This document shows, in pieces, positions 46,601-55,673 of a stretch of DNA of 64,000 nt. The stretch spans positions 310,001-374,000 of the forward strand of contig CBFFRQ010000019.1 of assembly GCA_965644315.1 (NCBI GenBank), written 5' to 3'. Numbering within the stretch: the first letter of the stretch is position 1; each line of letters begins with the position of its first letter. Position numbers and translations under genes: made by a program. The notes under the pieces were generated by a model that did no database searches, had not been told where the DNA came from, and saw only the letters and a program-made list of their open reading frames with translations. This DNA comes from Caecitellus pseudoparvulus. Lineage: Eukaryota; Protista; Bigyra: Bicosoecida.

Positions 46601-47476
46601 GAGTCACCGGCGGAGCGCATGGCTGCCGAGGCGGCCAGTGCTCGGGCGCTGGAACGCGCCAGGCAGCGCCGAGCCCTGCGCCGGCGGCGCCACGCTGCAG
46701 CGCTGGAGTCCATGCAGCAGGACTCGGCAGCGGAGGGGGGGGACGAGGGGGGCGGTGTCGCACCCGGGGGAGGGGGGGACCCACCAGCAGCGGGTGCCGG
46801 TGTGCAGGGCACGCAGGTGTCTGCCCTCCTCCGCAAGGCCGCCGTGTCCCTGGGCATGGGGGGAGTCTTGGAGGCGCCCTTGAGTCACTACGACGCGGCG
46901 GCCGCGGGGGTGACTCGAGCCTTTGTGGGGTGGCTGGGTCCCGAGGGCGGCGACTTGGTGGGGGCGTGGGCCCATGAGCAGTGGCTGGGCGTCGCAGCGA
47001 CCCTCTCAACTGTGTGGTTGCTGACGTTGCTGGTCACTGCCACGACCAGTGCGAGCACGGTGTGGAGCCTGCTGATACTGCTGGTCGCGGCGGCAGCGGG
47101 TGTGGCGGGGGGTGGCGCCATCGTGTGGGGCGCGCTAACCCCCCGCCTCGCATCAGCGACGGCAGAGGCAGCCCGCCTACGCGACACGCTGCGTTCCCGG
47201 CGCGGGCGGCGTGACGGCAGGGGCGGCGTGCGCCTGACCTCCTTCGCAAAACGCAACGCGCTGGGCCTGGACACGGGGGGGGGCGACAAGCCAGCCCGCA
47301 TGGTCGCCAGCCCCGCGTCCCCTGACCCCCAGCACGGGCGCAGTGCCAGTGGTGCGAGCGGCGCGGCAAGCGTCGGCTTTGGCGACGCGGCCAGTGTCGC
47401 CGGGCCGCCGCGGGGGGGTATGTTACGGCAGCGCAGGGGGGGGCGGGCCAGCATGGCTGCCAGCTCAGTGCTTTGA
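43613..47476 (+). CDS. Large protein with three FABP/calycin-like domains and a C-terminal membrane anchor
   Basis: Three GxW-initiated repeats: TGTWKPIKGECDDLEAYFQNLGVGWLARK, LSGVWSVDTSISDPMGPMLTALGIPWLARS, FSGTWHIDWGRSQRLSEFLKSVGVDWLARR; two hydrophobic helices near the C-terminus. Confidence 0.7.
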   Translation: MASGSAPPVVRNQTGTWKPIKGECDDLEAYFQNLGVGWLARKLVLAVDVQYEVRQTPTLLRQTDVTGWGRHHTDYILDGLWHPVKQVGGAERLTKVSQDDITGALSIEVQLGESGGTSVDTRRLLTRTRLEQRLSLYRDSQCVARARRVWGKVETPEEARACEEAEARARQMLALDAVAAGGVGAFAGGAVSAGKALPAGGGSQWTAAYDIPVDHSLFGVGGGAASGGSPPKRKAPAATPGGAALPPAFGVSLSGVWSVDTSISDPMGPMLTALGIPWLARSVAESLVFTTTLRHKALLPSPPSAHEDPAQGGGEEERKPSSGVLEVPEGLFAGSCSMRDASSLGVNVSHLVLDGVPRRRTGDDGKSIHICATALTPEEVYGTPPWTGGGALPPNLPPPAGEPYPPLERDALPPVSHESSAAAAAAAAAAAKAAGIMSQGVEWPAPPHCDMLRGMLLSWADARQEASPASPAADGDAEEADEAGPDPGEGGGDGVGGDPSTEPASGAGRAGDGPTPPPPIALRTVSVLPEDKGVTVEVRQLLAGGRQLRTTTDYYKAGGELACRMTRISRCKEFNGTPPQLSLEGGASPEVGEGGEGSGSDGEGALEAPVDPPLTPSATGLASSHASSWSVSAGSGGDGAFSGSDSEEVEGTAVNFSGTWHIDWGRSQRLSEFLKSVGVDWLARRVVNSLDVTYTIDHTPVHWMVREESKLGRFAHSMLADGRFHMVPQPNDVIAPVRCMQDRTSGDVIVETLLLSDPSNGPAVHRLVPLAREAAAAEARGDPPPPALLALLAPEGGGGGGSVASGASGPRRMARTLPAGVGPASRTAVRRPSSDFARRYGRGRADSGASTHSAVSASALAGVVGATGGAVLGGGGVPAEEGGGGAPPPGFLETLRQVDEDALSTGPTGDAASPRAPLEEEGEEGGGGHSVASGSTSHTSPAGGGSAAVWDRVSKQSARILDIRHADGRTVQRQVLMYITADGVAKHACTRYLIKVESPAERMAAEAASARALERARQRRALRRRRHAAALESMQQDSAAEGGDEGGGVAPGGGGDPPAAGAGVQGTQVSALLRKAAVSLGMGGVLEAPLSHYDAAAAGVTRAFVGWLGPEGGDLVGAWAHEQWLGVAATLSTVWLLTLLVTATTSASTVWSLLILLVAAAAGVAGGGAIVWGALTPRLASATAEAARLRDTLRSRRGRRDGRGGVRLTSFAKRNALGLDTGGGDKPARMVASPASPDPQHGRSASGASGAASVGFGDAASVAGPPRGGMLRQRRGGRASMAASSVL

Positions 47477-48943
47477 GGGGGGCGCCAGGCTGCGTGCCAG
47501 GAGCAGCATGTGGCGGGCGGCGGAGGACCAGGGGTGGCGCTCTGCGACGCGCCGCGCGCCGCGAGTCACTGCCTGCAACCGGCGCCAGGCGGACTCTGCG
47601 CAGCCTGTGTCCTGGTCGCACAATGCACACGCGAGAGCTGCCCAGGGCGTCGCGTCTGGAGTACCACAAGCATTTCGCCCGGCAGGCCCCGCCCGCGCCC
47701 ATGCCGCGCCTGCGATGGCGGTGATCAGCACTTGGCACAAGCTGTCGGCCACCGGTTCAAATTCCGCGATGGAGCCACAGTCCCCGGCGCCTTGGCGTGG
47801 GCAGGAGGCGGGGAAGAGGCTCGATGGCGCCGGACGCCGGACGAGGGACGCATTGAAGAGCAGGGCACTAGAGTCGTTCAGGAACCCAGTGGCAGGGGGC
47901 GCGCGAGTGGTGACGATGGGCGTGCCTGCAGCAGCTGCCTCCAGCAGCGGCAGCCCGAACCCCTCGCTGCGAAACGCAGCCACATACACGTCTGCGCTTG
48001 CAACCAGTGCTCGCAGTGCCGCAGGGTCCAGCAGGCCGCCGCTGAAATGCACAGTCAAGGCAGACACAGATGCTTGCTTCGCTGCTGCTTGCACACGGGC
48101 CTGCGCCGCAGTGTACAGTTCAGAGGGGGCTTTCAACAGCAGGCGCACGCAAGGGCGGAGGTTGGCGGGAACGCCGCCCAACACGCGTTCGGCAGCTGCC
48201 ATGGCTGCAGCAATGCCTTTATTGTGCGTCATGGCGCCCACTGACAGCAGCGTCAGGCACTCATGTCGTCGCTGTGGCTGCTCAGCGTGTGGGTGCAGGT
48301 GGGGCGTTTGCACTCCGTGCGGTACCACGGCTGCCGGCACGCCTGCTGCGAAGAAAGCGCCCCAGGACCACCAGCTGGGCGTGACGACTGCGCCTGGTGC
48401 AATGGCACTGTGCCATGCGTGCCACGGCTGGAAGGGGGGGGCCTCTGCCTGTGCCACGTCAACCAGCCGCCCTTGCTCCGCTGTGGCGTGCAGGAGGAGA
48501 ACGGTGTGGGGACAGTGCGCAGGGCGGGTCGTGGAGAGGGGGAATGTGGCCCGAAAGAGGATATCAGGACACGCACTGGAGGCGTTCATGAGGTCGTGCT
48601 GCATGCCCAGGAGCTGGCGTGTCGCGGCGCTGCCCATCGCGTGCGTGGAGCGTGGCCAGCTCGGGCGGTACAGGGGTTGACTCTCGCCAACGCTGACGCG
48701 TGTGCCCGGCAGCGCAGCCAACGCCAGGGCCAGGTGTTGCCCAACAAGTGAGTACGAATGGGCCACTCCCAGCCAGGTGTCCACGTGCACCCACAACGGC
48801 GTTCCGCCCGTTTCAGCCAGCGAGCTGCTTGCGTTTCGCACAGCAGGCCCTGTGTGGCTAGACGACGTCTGCAAAGCCGGATCACTTGCAGCAGCCACAG
48901 CAACTGCAAGTAGAAGGAGACCCTTGGAGTACACAACCATCAT
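47465..48943 (-). CDS. GT-B fold glycosyltransferase (family 4-like) with signal peptide
   Basis: LLSVGAMTHNKG, ADVYVAAFRSEGFGLPLLEAAAAGTPIVTT (EX7E motif); N-terminal LLLLAVAVAAAS. Confidence 0.85.
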   Translation of the reverse strand: MMVVYSKGLLLLAVAVAAASDPALQTSSSHTGPAVRNASSSLAETGGTPLWVHVDTWLGVAHSYSLVGQHLALALAALPGTRVSVGESQPLYRPSWPRSTHAMGSAATRQLLGMQHDLMNASSACPDILFRATFPLSTTRPAHCPHTVLLLHATAEQGRLVDVAQAEAPPFQPWHAWHSAIAPGAVVTPSWWSWGAFFAAGVPAAVVPHGVQTPHLHPHAEQPQRRHECLTLLSVGAMTHNKGIAAAMAAAERVLGGVPANLRPCVRLLLKAPSELYTAAQARVQAAAKQASVSALTVHFSGGLLDPAALRALVASADVYVAAFRSEGFGLPLLEAAAAGTPIVTTRAPPATGFLNDSSALLFNASLVRRPAPSSLFPASCPRQGAGDCGSIAEFEPVADSLCQVLITAIAGAAWARAGPAGRNACGTPDATPWAALACALCDQDTGCAESAWRRLQAVTRGARRVAERHPWSSAARHMLLLARSLAPPSKH

Positions 48944-49522
48944 GGAGCGTGGGGAAGCAGCTGAGGGCCTGACGCCCACCCAGCGTGGCGACGCGTGGCC
49001 TGTAGCCTTCTGCGGTAATTGGTGCTGCTTCAAAAGGCGACCACCGCAGGCGCGAGGCTGTTTGAGTCAGGCATGCGACTTCAGCGACCTTCTGGAGTGA
49101 AGCAACGTGGTGTACGAGACAAGGCAGATGTGGCATGTCTGGGGATGTGGTTTTTTGCCAGTGTGCAGAGGATGCCTCACACCTTCGCGAGCGATACGAA
49201 TAAGGTGTGGCAGTGGCGTAAGTAACCCGCAGTGTGGTCTGTGACACGGTGCCGAGCCTACAGTTGACGCGGCAAGCAGCGCACATGGTACGCCAGCCTG
49301 TCTTGGCCAGGCGAGTATTGCGCAGAGCGCCAGCGCAAGCTGTGCGTTGGCCATGCAGCCACGAGACAGGAGTGGAGCCCACAAGGGCGGCGCATTTCCA
49401 ATCTGCATTGACAAAAACTGAAGCCTGGTGCGCACGTGGCGCCGAGACAGGCGCGCAGCTGAACTGGCAGGATCCTGTGCTTGGCCCGGCCTACTTCCGC
49501 TGCTGCGCCAAGCCCGGGCAAC

Positions 49523-49964
49523 TTAGTGGCGGTGGCTCATGACGTAGTCCTCACGCAGCTTGAAAGTGGTGCCCAACAGCACAGCCCATGCCAAGGCAGG
49601 GGGGCCGACGTACCACAGGTTGTCCTGTGAGCGGCGCACAGCGTGAGCAGTGAAGCTGCCTGCCATCAAGTTCCGCTCACTGCCACGGCACAGCGCCGCA
49701 GCGGCGGACACGCGCCCGGCACTGGACAACCGCTTGCTAGTCTACACTACAACATCCAAACATGCACCTGCCACGTGTGGCAAAACTCACCGCGACCTTG
49801 TGGCGCAGCTTCTCGACGACGTTGCCCATCAGGCCGCCGGCCACGTTCACCTCGAAGGGGGACAGCTGCTGCTGCACGACGCCACGCTGGAAGGAGTACG
49901 TGTTCCAGATCTTCTTGATGAAGGGCTGGGAGCGGCCCACGAGGTCCTTCGCCTTGGAAGCCAT
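49523..49964 (-). CDS. QCR8: Cytochrome bc1 complex subunit 8 (QCR8-like); one intron
   Basis: QRGVVQQQLSPFE..KLRHKVA|DNLWYVGPP followed by one TM helix; about 85 aa. Confidence 0.75.
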
Positions 49965-50276
49965 GCTGCTGTGCTGGTGGAGTGGACGTCACGGAGGAGC
50001 CACGGCACGAAGTGTGCAGGCTGCGAGGAGAGGTGCAGTGAGCAGAAGGGGGGCGTGTCGAGTTTGGTGGTGCTGAGTGGAGGAGTTGAGATGGACGATG
50101 CGCGTGGAAGGGGCGGGGGGGGGGGCGCACGGTGATGGTTCGGGCTGTGGGTGCAAGCAAATTCCGCAGCTCAGCAACCATGCCCATGCTGCGCGCACTT
50201 CAAAATGAATCTCCCGGCCAGAACACATTCAATCCTCCTTACTCTCAACACCAAGGCCCTGTTGCACAGGTCTTCC

Positions 50277-51929
50277 ATGGCGGCAGCCCTGCTGCAGCGG
50301 TGGGGCCGGGCTACATCTGCGTACGCATGCGGATTTCGTAGCCAGCTGCCGTCATCAGCGGCCCGCTGCTGCTCGACAGCCACTCGCTTCGACACAGCTG
50401 TGAGCCAGGAGAGCTTCCGAGGTGTGCAGGATGAGCTGCTGTCCCTCGTCAAGCGAGGGCGGTGCACTGACGCCATGGTGCACTCCGGCATGGCTGCTTT
50501 GGCTCGTTGGGCTCGGCGCGTGCCAGGTGACGCTGGCTCGGCGCACCAGTCGGCACGGGAGGTGCTGCGCGTGGCGCTGGAGAAGGCGGCCGAGGCGCCC
50601 AGTCGCACGCCCATTGCGTCGCTGGTGCTGCAGCACTACTTGTCCGTCTTTGGGCGGCTGGATCGGGCGGAGGCTCCATGGGCACTGTCGCTGGCCCTGC
50701 ACGTGGGCGTGTGGCCCGCTGTAGACGTCCTGGACACTGCCGTGCAGGTGCTCATGGCAGGAGGCTTCAACGATGATGCTCTGCAGCTCCTGCTGTCGTA
50801 CCAGGAGCTGGGCCATGTGTACTCGGACACGGCGGTGGCTCTGTTGCACGCCGCACTGCACAAGAAAGCGGCGGTCTTGGCGGCACCCGCACACGGCGTG
50901 CCGGCTGCAGAGCAGGGGGAGGCACTGCTGGACGTCTTGCTGGCTTCCTTCCCCCACATCACGCACTCTAGCACTGTGGCATCGGCTGTCCTGCGGGCTA
51001 TGTGCTTTGCTGCACTGCAGGGCAACCCCCCCGCTCGGCAGGCTGCACTGGCCCTCGTATCAGCCCTGGCAGCTCCCGGCAACAAGGGGGCGGCATCCAG
51101 GGTGAGTGTTGGGGTGGTGCTGGAAGCCACCCTGGCGTATTTGCAGCGGCTTGTGCTGCGGCACCACGTGGCTCAACATGCAGATGTGGCTGCATGTGGC
51201 GGGAGCGCTGCGGCGGGGCAGGCACTCACCTCTGCCTGCTGGCAGAGCCCTGCTTCAGAGCAGTACGCAAGCGGGCTGGCGCAAGCAAAGGCCACGCCTG
51301 CAGTGCAAGGTGGGGGTCACCGTGGACCTGGTTCCCCGCCGCCACCCCCCCCCACACCACCCCCTCTCTCGGCGCGATCGGGTGCATCCAGCCTGGCCCT
51401 GAAGCTGGCAAAGTCAACCTCGACAGCGGCCCAGCCAAGCGCCAACACACTGCCCACTGCCTGGTCTCTCCCACATGCATGCCCTGAGCGGGACGTCGTG
51501 GACCTAGCTGATGCCCTGCTGATGGCGGCGTTGGCGCCCGGCAAGCAGCCCGCGTGGAGTGCAGGCCCCCCTCGCCACGTCACACAGGGCGCCCTGCACG
51601 CGTACCTCGGGATCCTAGCTGCAACCGGGCAGCCGTCTCGTAGCAAGGACATCCTGCCCCTCCTGCGTGCTGTGCGGGGGTCGGAGGGTGCTGAGGCCGT
51701 TTCTCCGCCTGCCCTGCGTGCTGCGGAAACTGCACTCAACGCCCTGGCCACACACAGAGCCCTCTCACACCGCAGCACAGCGGCGAGTTGGATGAAAGGC
51801 CTGCTGCACCCGCGCTATGCGGGGTCCTTGTTGCACTTGCTCGCGTACATCGCGCGTGCGGGGCTGCGTGTGGGCCCAGAGCAGGCTGCACAACAACAAG
51901 AAGAAGGAGAAATAAAATCGCTCCGCTAA
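50277..51929 (+). pseudogene. Host hypothetical protein (possible mitochondrial transit peptide, helical), apparently truncated by the viral insertion
   Basis: The GC-rich open frame runs straight into the AT-rich element and stops at 51927-51929, about 13 codons inside it. Confidence 0.6.
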
Positions 51930-52540
51930 TTTCTCATTCTTCCCTTTACTACGTAATTTAATTTCTGCGAAATTATATTTTATGGTATTTCTCATATGGG
52001 AAATTAAAAGGATTTTCGTAAGAAAATATTATAATATAAAGTCCCCAAAAAAAAATAATATTTTTTATAAATAATAAAATAAAAATAGTTTTTCTTTTTT
52101 AGGGATTTATCCCTTATTTAGTCCCTAATAATAAAAATATAAATAATTAAAGTTTTTAGGGTTAAAATTTTAAAATTACCCCAAAAAAAAATAATATCTT
52201 TCAGAAATAATAAAATAAAAAAAGTTTTTTTTTTTAGGGATTTAACCCTTATTTTTACCCTAAAACAGTATAACCTTCTAAAAGCATATAAAACCTTCAT
52301 ACATTCGCTCAATCAATAAATTTTTAAAAAATAAATAAAAATAGTTAGGGATATAAAAAGTGCTAGGGAAAATATATATTTATTCAATCAGTCAATTAAT
52401 TATTTTATTAATCAGTCAATCAATCAATAAAATAGGCTTCATCAAATGAGATATTAAAAGGCATCACCAATAAAATAAATAATAGAGTATATAATAAAAG
52501 CCTCTTCAATTGTTATTTTTTTATTATTTTTATACTTAAA
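51891..52540. repeat. Putative terminal inverted repeat region of element 1, with an internal ~85-bp imperfect direct repeat (52043-52128 and 52179-52263)
   Basis: Non-coding; two copies of CCCCAAAAAAAAATAATAT..AATAATAAAATAAAAA..TTTTAGGGATTTA.CCCTTATTT..CCCTAA; the partner TIR is not visible. Confidence 0.6.
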
Positions 52541-52547
52541 CAAAACC

Positions 52548-52556
52548 ACTTAAAGA
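52548..52556 (+). promoter_or_regulatory. ACTTAAAGA upstream motif, copy 1
   Basis: Exact 9-mer found upstream of four consecutive ORFs; this copy precedes the 208-aa ORF. Confidence 0.7.
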
Positions 52557-52565
52557 TTTATTTAT

Positions 52566-53192
52566 ATGGGATATTATATGGAGTTTAATGTGTATTTTTA
52601 TTTATTTAATTTTTCTAATAAGTTCGAAGAACCAAATATTAAAGAGATACTTACTGATAAAGCATTTTATAAAACAGAAGTAAGCAAATTATTAAATAAT
52701 CATTACGACGGAAAATATTCAAGTTTTGGTTTTGAATATAGAACATCCAATAATAATTTTAGTTTTCGAAATTTTTGTAGTTCCTATAAATTTAAATTAA
52801 AAGTTAATACTTATGATAAATTAAAAAAAATTGTAAGTAATATTAAAAGCCAAGAGAAAGTTATATTTAGAAAGAAAAATTATTGCTTTTCTATTGATTT
52901 TATAGCTAGTTACGATAATGAAATAAAAGATTTAATTAATTTTGGTTTTAATAGCAAATTACGAGACGAGGAAAAATATATTAGTGGTTTAAATTATGAT
53001 ATAATTCATAATAAATTAAAGAATGTAATTCAAAATGAATATATATATATTAAAAATAATAAGAAAAGGTTTATACATTGTAATTATAATTATCATAATC
53101 ATCAAATGATAAAAAAATATTGCGAATTAAATAATATGATATATAATAAGGATAATTATCGATATACAATATTTGAGTTTGATATGGAATAA
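52566..53192 (+). CDS. Viral hypothetical protein (208 aa)
   Basis: Long ORF in AT-rich DNA, preceded by the ACTTAAAGA motif. Confidence 0.75.
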   Translation: MGYYMEFNVYFYLFNFSNKFEEPNIKEILTDKAFYKTEVSKLLNNHYDGKYSSFGFEYRTSNNNFSFRNFCSSYKFKLKVNTYDKLKKIVSNIKSQEKVIFRKKNYCFSIDFIASYDNEIKDLINFGFNSKLRDEEKYISGLNYDIIHNKLKNVIQNEYIYIKNNKKRFIHCNYNYHNHQMIKKYCELNNMIYNKDNYRYTIFEFDME

Positions 53193-53308
53193 ATAAATTA
53201 ATAATGATTAAATTATTTATAAATATTCTCATAATTTACTTTACTTTATGCTATAAATTAAATAATAATAAGGTATAAAAAGTATAAATATTTTACTTAA
53301 ATAAAATC

Positions 53309-53317
53309 ACTTAAAGA
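53309..53317 (+). promoter_or_regulatory. ACTTAAAGA upstream motif, copy 2
   Basis: Upstream of the helicase. Confidence 0.7.
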
Positions 53318-53346
53318 TTTAATTATATGATATGTTATAATATAGT

Positions 53347-55068
53347 ATGGAAATTTTTAATTTTGAAGAATTTAAAAAGTATATTGCAAATGACGAGGCT
53401 AAATGGAAAGCTCAAAACTTAGATAATAAAAAGTTTAATGAAATTAAGAAAATAAAACATTTTGAAGCGTGTGAATATTTAGAATCAAAAGAATATATTA
53501 AAAGAACTATATATTTAATTAATGATGATTATATAACAGGTGGTCAAATTGTTTCAAAATCATCATTTGACCCAAAAATTAGGAGATTTCCCAAGGTTAT
53601 TAAAGATTGGTTTAATTATGAATATTCTAATTTTAAAACACCAGTAATTAAAACGGATAAAGAGGAATTATTACCAAATGAATTTAATTTATTACCTGAA
53701 GGATTACATAAATATAAACCATTCAAAGATTTTGATAAAGAAGCAAAAAAATATGCATTATATTTTCTAAATGAATATATACGCCCTGTATTGTGTAATA
53801 ATAACGAAGAGTATTATAAATATATCATAAATTGGCTTTCATATATGATTCAAGGAAATAAAAATGATTCTATGTTGGTTTTAAAAGGTATTGAAGGATG
53901 TGGAAAATCAACATTTACGAAAATGATATGTGATAATATTCTGGGGCGTCAAAGAACGCAGAAAGCATCATCAAAGCCTTTGACTGGTGGATTTAATAGC
54001 GAATTAATGGGCAAACAGTTTGTATATTTTGAAGAATTACGAGCAGGAAGTAAAACCGAGCAAGAAATGGCGTCAAGTGCTTTAAAAGATATGATTACGG
54101 ACGAATATATGAATTATGAAGCCAAATATAAAACATCCTTAAATAATATTAAAAATGTTTCAAATTTTGTAAGCTTATCTAATAATTACTACGCAATTAA
54201 AGATAACCAAGGAAGGCGATATTTTATATTAGATATTAATACATCTCATTATAATAATAAAGAATTATGGGATAATATATATAAAAAATGTTTAAATAAA
54301 GAAGTTGGACACGCTCTATTTTGTTATTTTATGGAAGTAGATGTAAAAAATTTTAGATCACAAAAAATGCCACTAACCGAAAATAAAATATCAAGTTTTA
54401 TAAAATCCTACACGCCTGAAATTGTATTTATTAGAGAAAAATATTTATTTACAAAAATCCCAATGAATATTAAAACAAATGATTTATATAATGAGTTTTT
54501 AGACTATACAGAAGTAAATAAACCATCAAAAAAATCATATTTCTATGACAAATTAAAGCATTATGGTTTGCAATTCAGAAAATCAAATGGATTTAATAAA
54601 TATATTTATAGTCCTGTAGAATTACAAGAATTAGCCGATAAATTTAAATGGAGTTTTATTGATGAAGCTGAAAAACACGAAAAGGAAGAAGGAATAAAAG
54701 AAGATGAAGAATATACAAGAGAACAAGAATTAATAAATAATCAATCAAAAAGAATAAAAGAACAAGCCGAAGAAATAAAACGATTAAAAAAGGAATTAGA
54801 AAAATTAAAAATTAAAGAACTTCCAGAATATGAACCAAAAATAAAAGAGCCAAAAGAAAAGCAAGAAAAAAATAAAAAAATTGAAGAAGTAATTAATAAA
54901 GTTCAAGAAGAAGAAGAAGAAGAAGACGAAAAATTAAGCGATTACGCAAAAAATATAATAAATGATGTAGCTAATAATATAAACGAAGAAAAAGAAAATT
55001 TAACAAAACCAAAAATAAACAATAAAGTAAATGACCCATTCAAACATATTGAAGGGCTTTTTAATTAA
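53347..55068 (+). CDS. Superfamily 3 (D5-like) helicase with coiled-coil/acidic tail
   Basis: Walker A GIEGCGKS, Walker B FVYFEE, motif C FVSLSNN, arginine finger GRRYFIL. Confidence 0.9.
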   Translation: MEIFNFEEFKKYIANDEAKWKAQNLDNKKFNEIKKIKHFEACEYLESKEYIKRTIYLINDDYITGGQIVSKSSFDPKIRRFPKVIKDWFNYEYSNFKTPVIKTDKEELLPNEFNLLPEGLHKYKPFKDFDKEAKKYALYFLNEYIRPVLCNNNEEYYKYIINWLSYMIQGNKNDSMLVLKGIEGCGKSTFTKMICDNILGRQRTQKASSKPLTGGFNSELMGKQFVYFEELRAGSKTEQEMASSALKDMITDEYMNYEAKYKTSLNNIKNVSNFVSLSNNYYAIKDNQGRRYFILDINTSHYNNKELWDNIYKKCLNKEVGHALFCYFMEVDVKNFRSQKMPLTENKISSFIKSYTPEIVFIREKYLFTKIPMNIKTNDLYNEFLDYTEVNKPSKKSYFYDKLKHYGLQFRKSNGFNKYIYSPVELQELADKFKWSFIDEAEKHEKEEGIKEDEEYTREQELINNQSKRIKEQAEEIKRLKKELEKLKIKELPEYEPKIKEPKEKQEKNKKIEEVINKVQEEEEEEDEKLSDYAKNIINDVANNINEEKENLTKPKINNKVNDPFKHIEGLFN

Positions 55069-55118
55069 TAATATAATTTACTTTAATTTTTTAATTAATA
55101 AAATTATAAATTTAAACC

Positions 55119-55127
55119 ACTTAAAGA
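55119..55127 (+). promoter_or_regulatory. ACTTAAAGA upstream motif, copy 3
   Basis: Upstream of the 143-aa ORF. Confidence 0.7.
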
Positions 55128-55136
55128 AATAATTAT

Positions 55137-55568
55137 ATGGTATATTATACAATGGCACAAAATAAATTTAAAAATGTTAAATTAGTTAATAAAGGAATAG
55201 ATTATAACCCATTACGAAAAGAGGTTGAAAAAGATTTATACTTATATAATAAGTTAAATGAAAACCATAAAGAAGGGGACAAAATACATAAATTAACAAC
55301 AAATACGAAGGATTCCTCCGAACTAGTGTTTAAAGTCGTTGAAGCAGTAATAAAGGATATACCAAATAATAAATTTCATTTGGCTTTAACATATACCACA
55401 AAATACGGCAGATTTACGGAATATGTAGGATTTGATATAACAAAATATAACGGTATAAATGATATTAAAAAAATATTTCAAGACTACGACGAATATTTAC
55501 AAAGTAAAATGCAGAAAATAGATAAAGGAATGTATGATTTAATAATAAGAATAAGTTATAAACAATAA
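55137..55568 (+). CDS. Viral hypothetical protein (143 aa)
   Basis: ORF between helicase and polymerase, preceded by the ACTTAAAGA motif. Confidence 0.7.
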   Translation: MVYYTMAQNKFKNVKLVNKGIDYNPLRKEVEKDLYLYNKLNENHKEGDKIHKLTTNTKDSSELVFKVVEAVIKDIPNNKFHLALTYTTKYGRFTEYVGFDITKYNGINDIKKIFQDYDEYLQSKMQKIDKGMYDLIIRISYKQ

Positions 55569-55640
55569 GGCAATTTAAGATATAACAAAACATAATTTAA
55601 TTTAATTTTTTAATTAATAAAATTATATATAATAAAAACT

Positions 55641-55649
55641 ACTTAAAGA
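55641..55649 (+). promoter_or_regulatory. ACTTAAAGA upstream motif, copy 4
   Basis: Upstream of the PolB-like gene. Confidence 0.7.
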
Positions 55650-55673
55650 GATAATTATAATATTGTTTATAAA

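Noticed and set aside
137-51800. Hundreds of long overlapping or antisense ORFs in the track (e.g. 198-809, 4516-5913, 24410-25636, 34424-35878, 47343-48680)
   Set aside because: Shadow ORFs expected in GC-rich DNA; they lie opposite or out of frame to recognisable genes and show no motifs.
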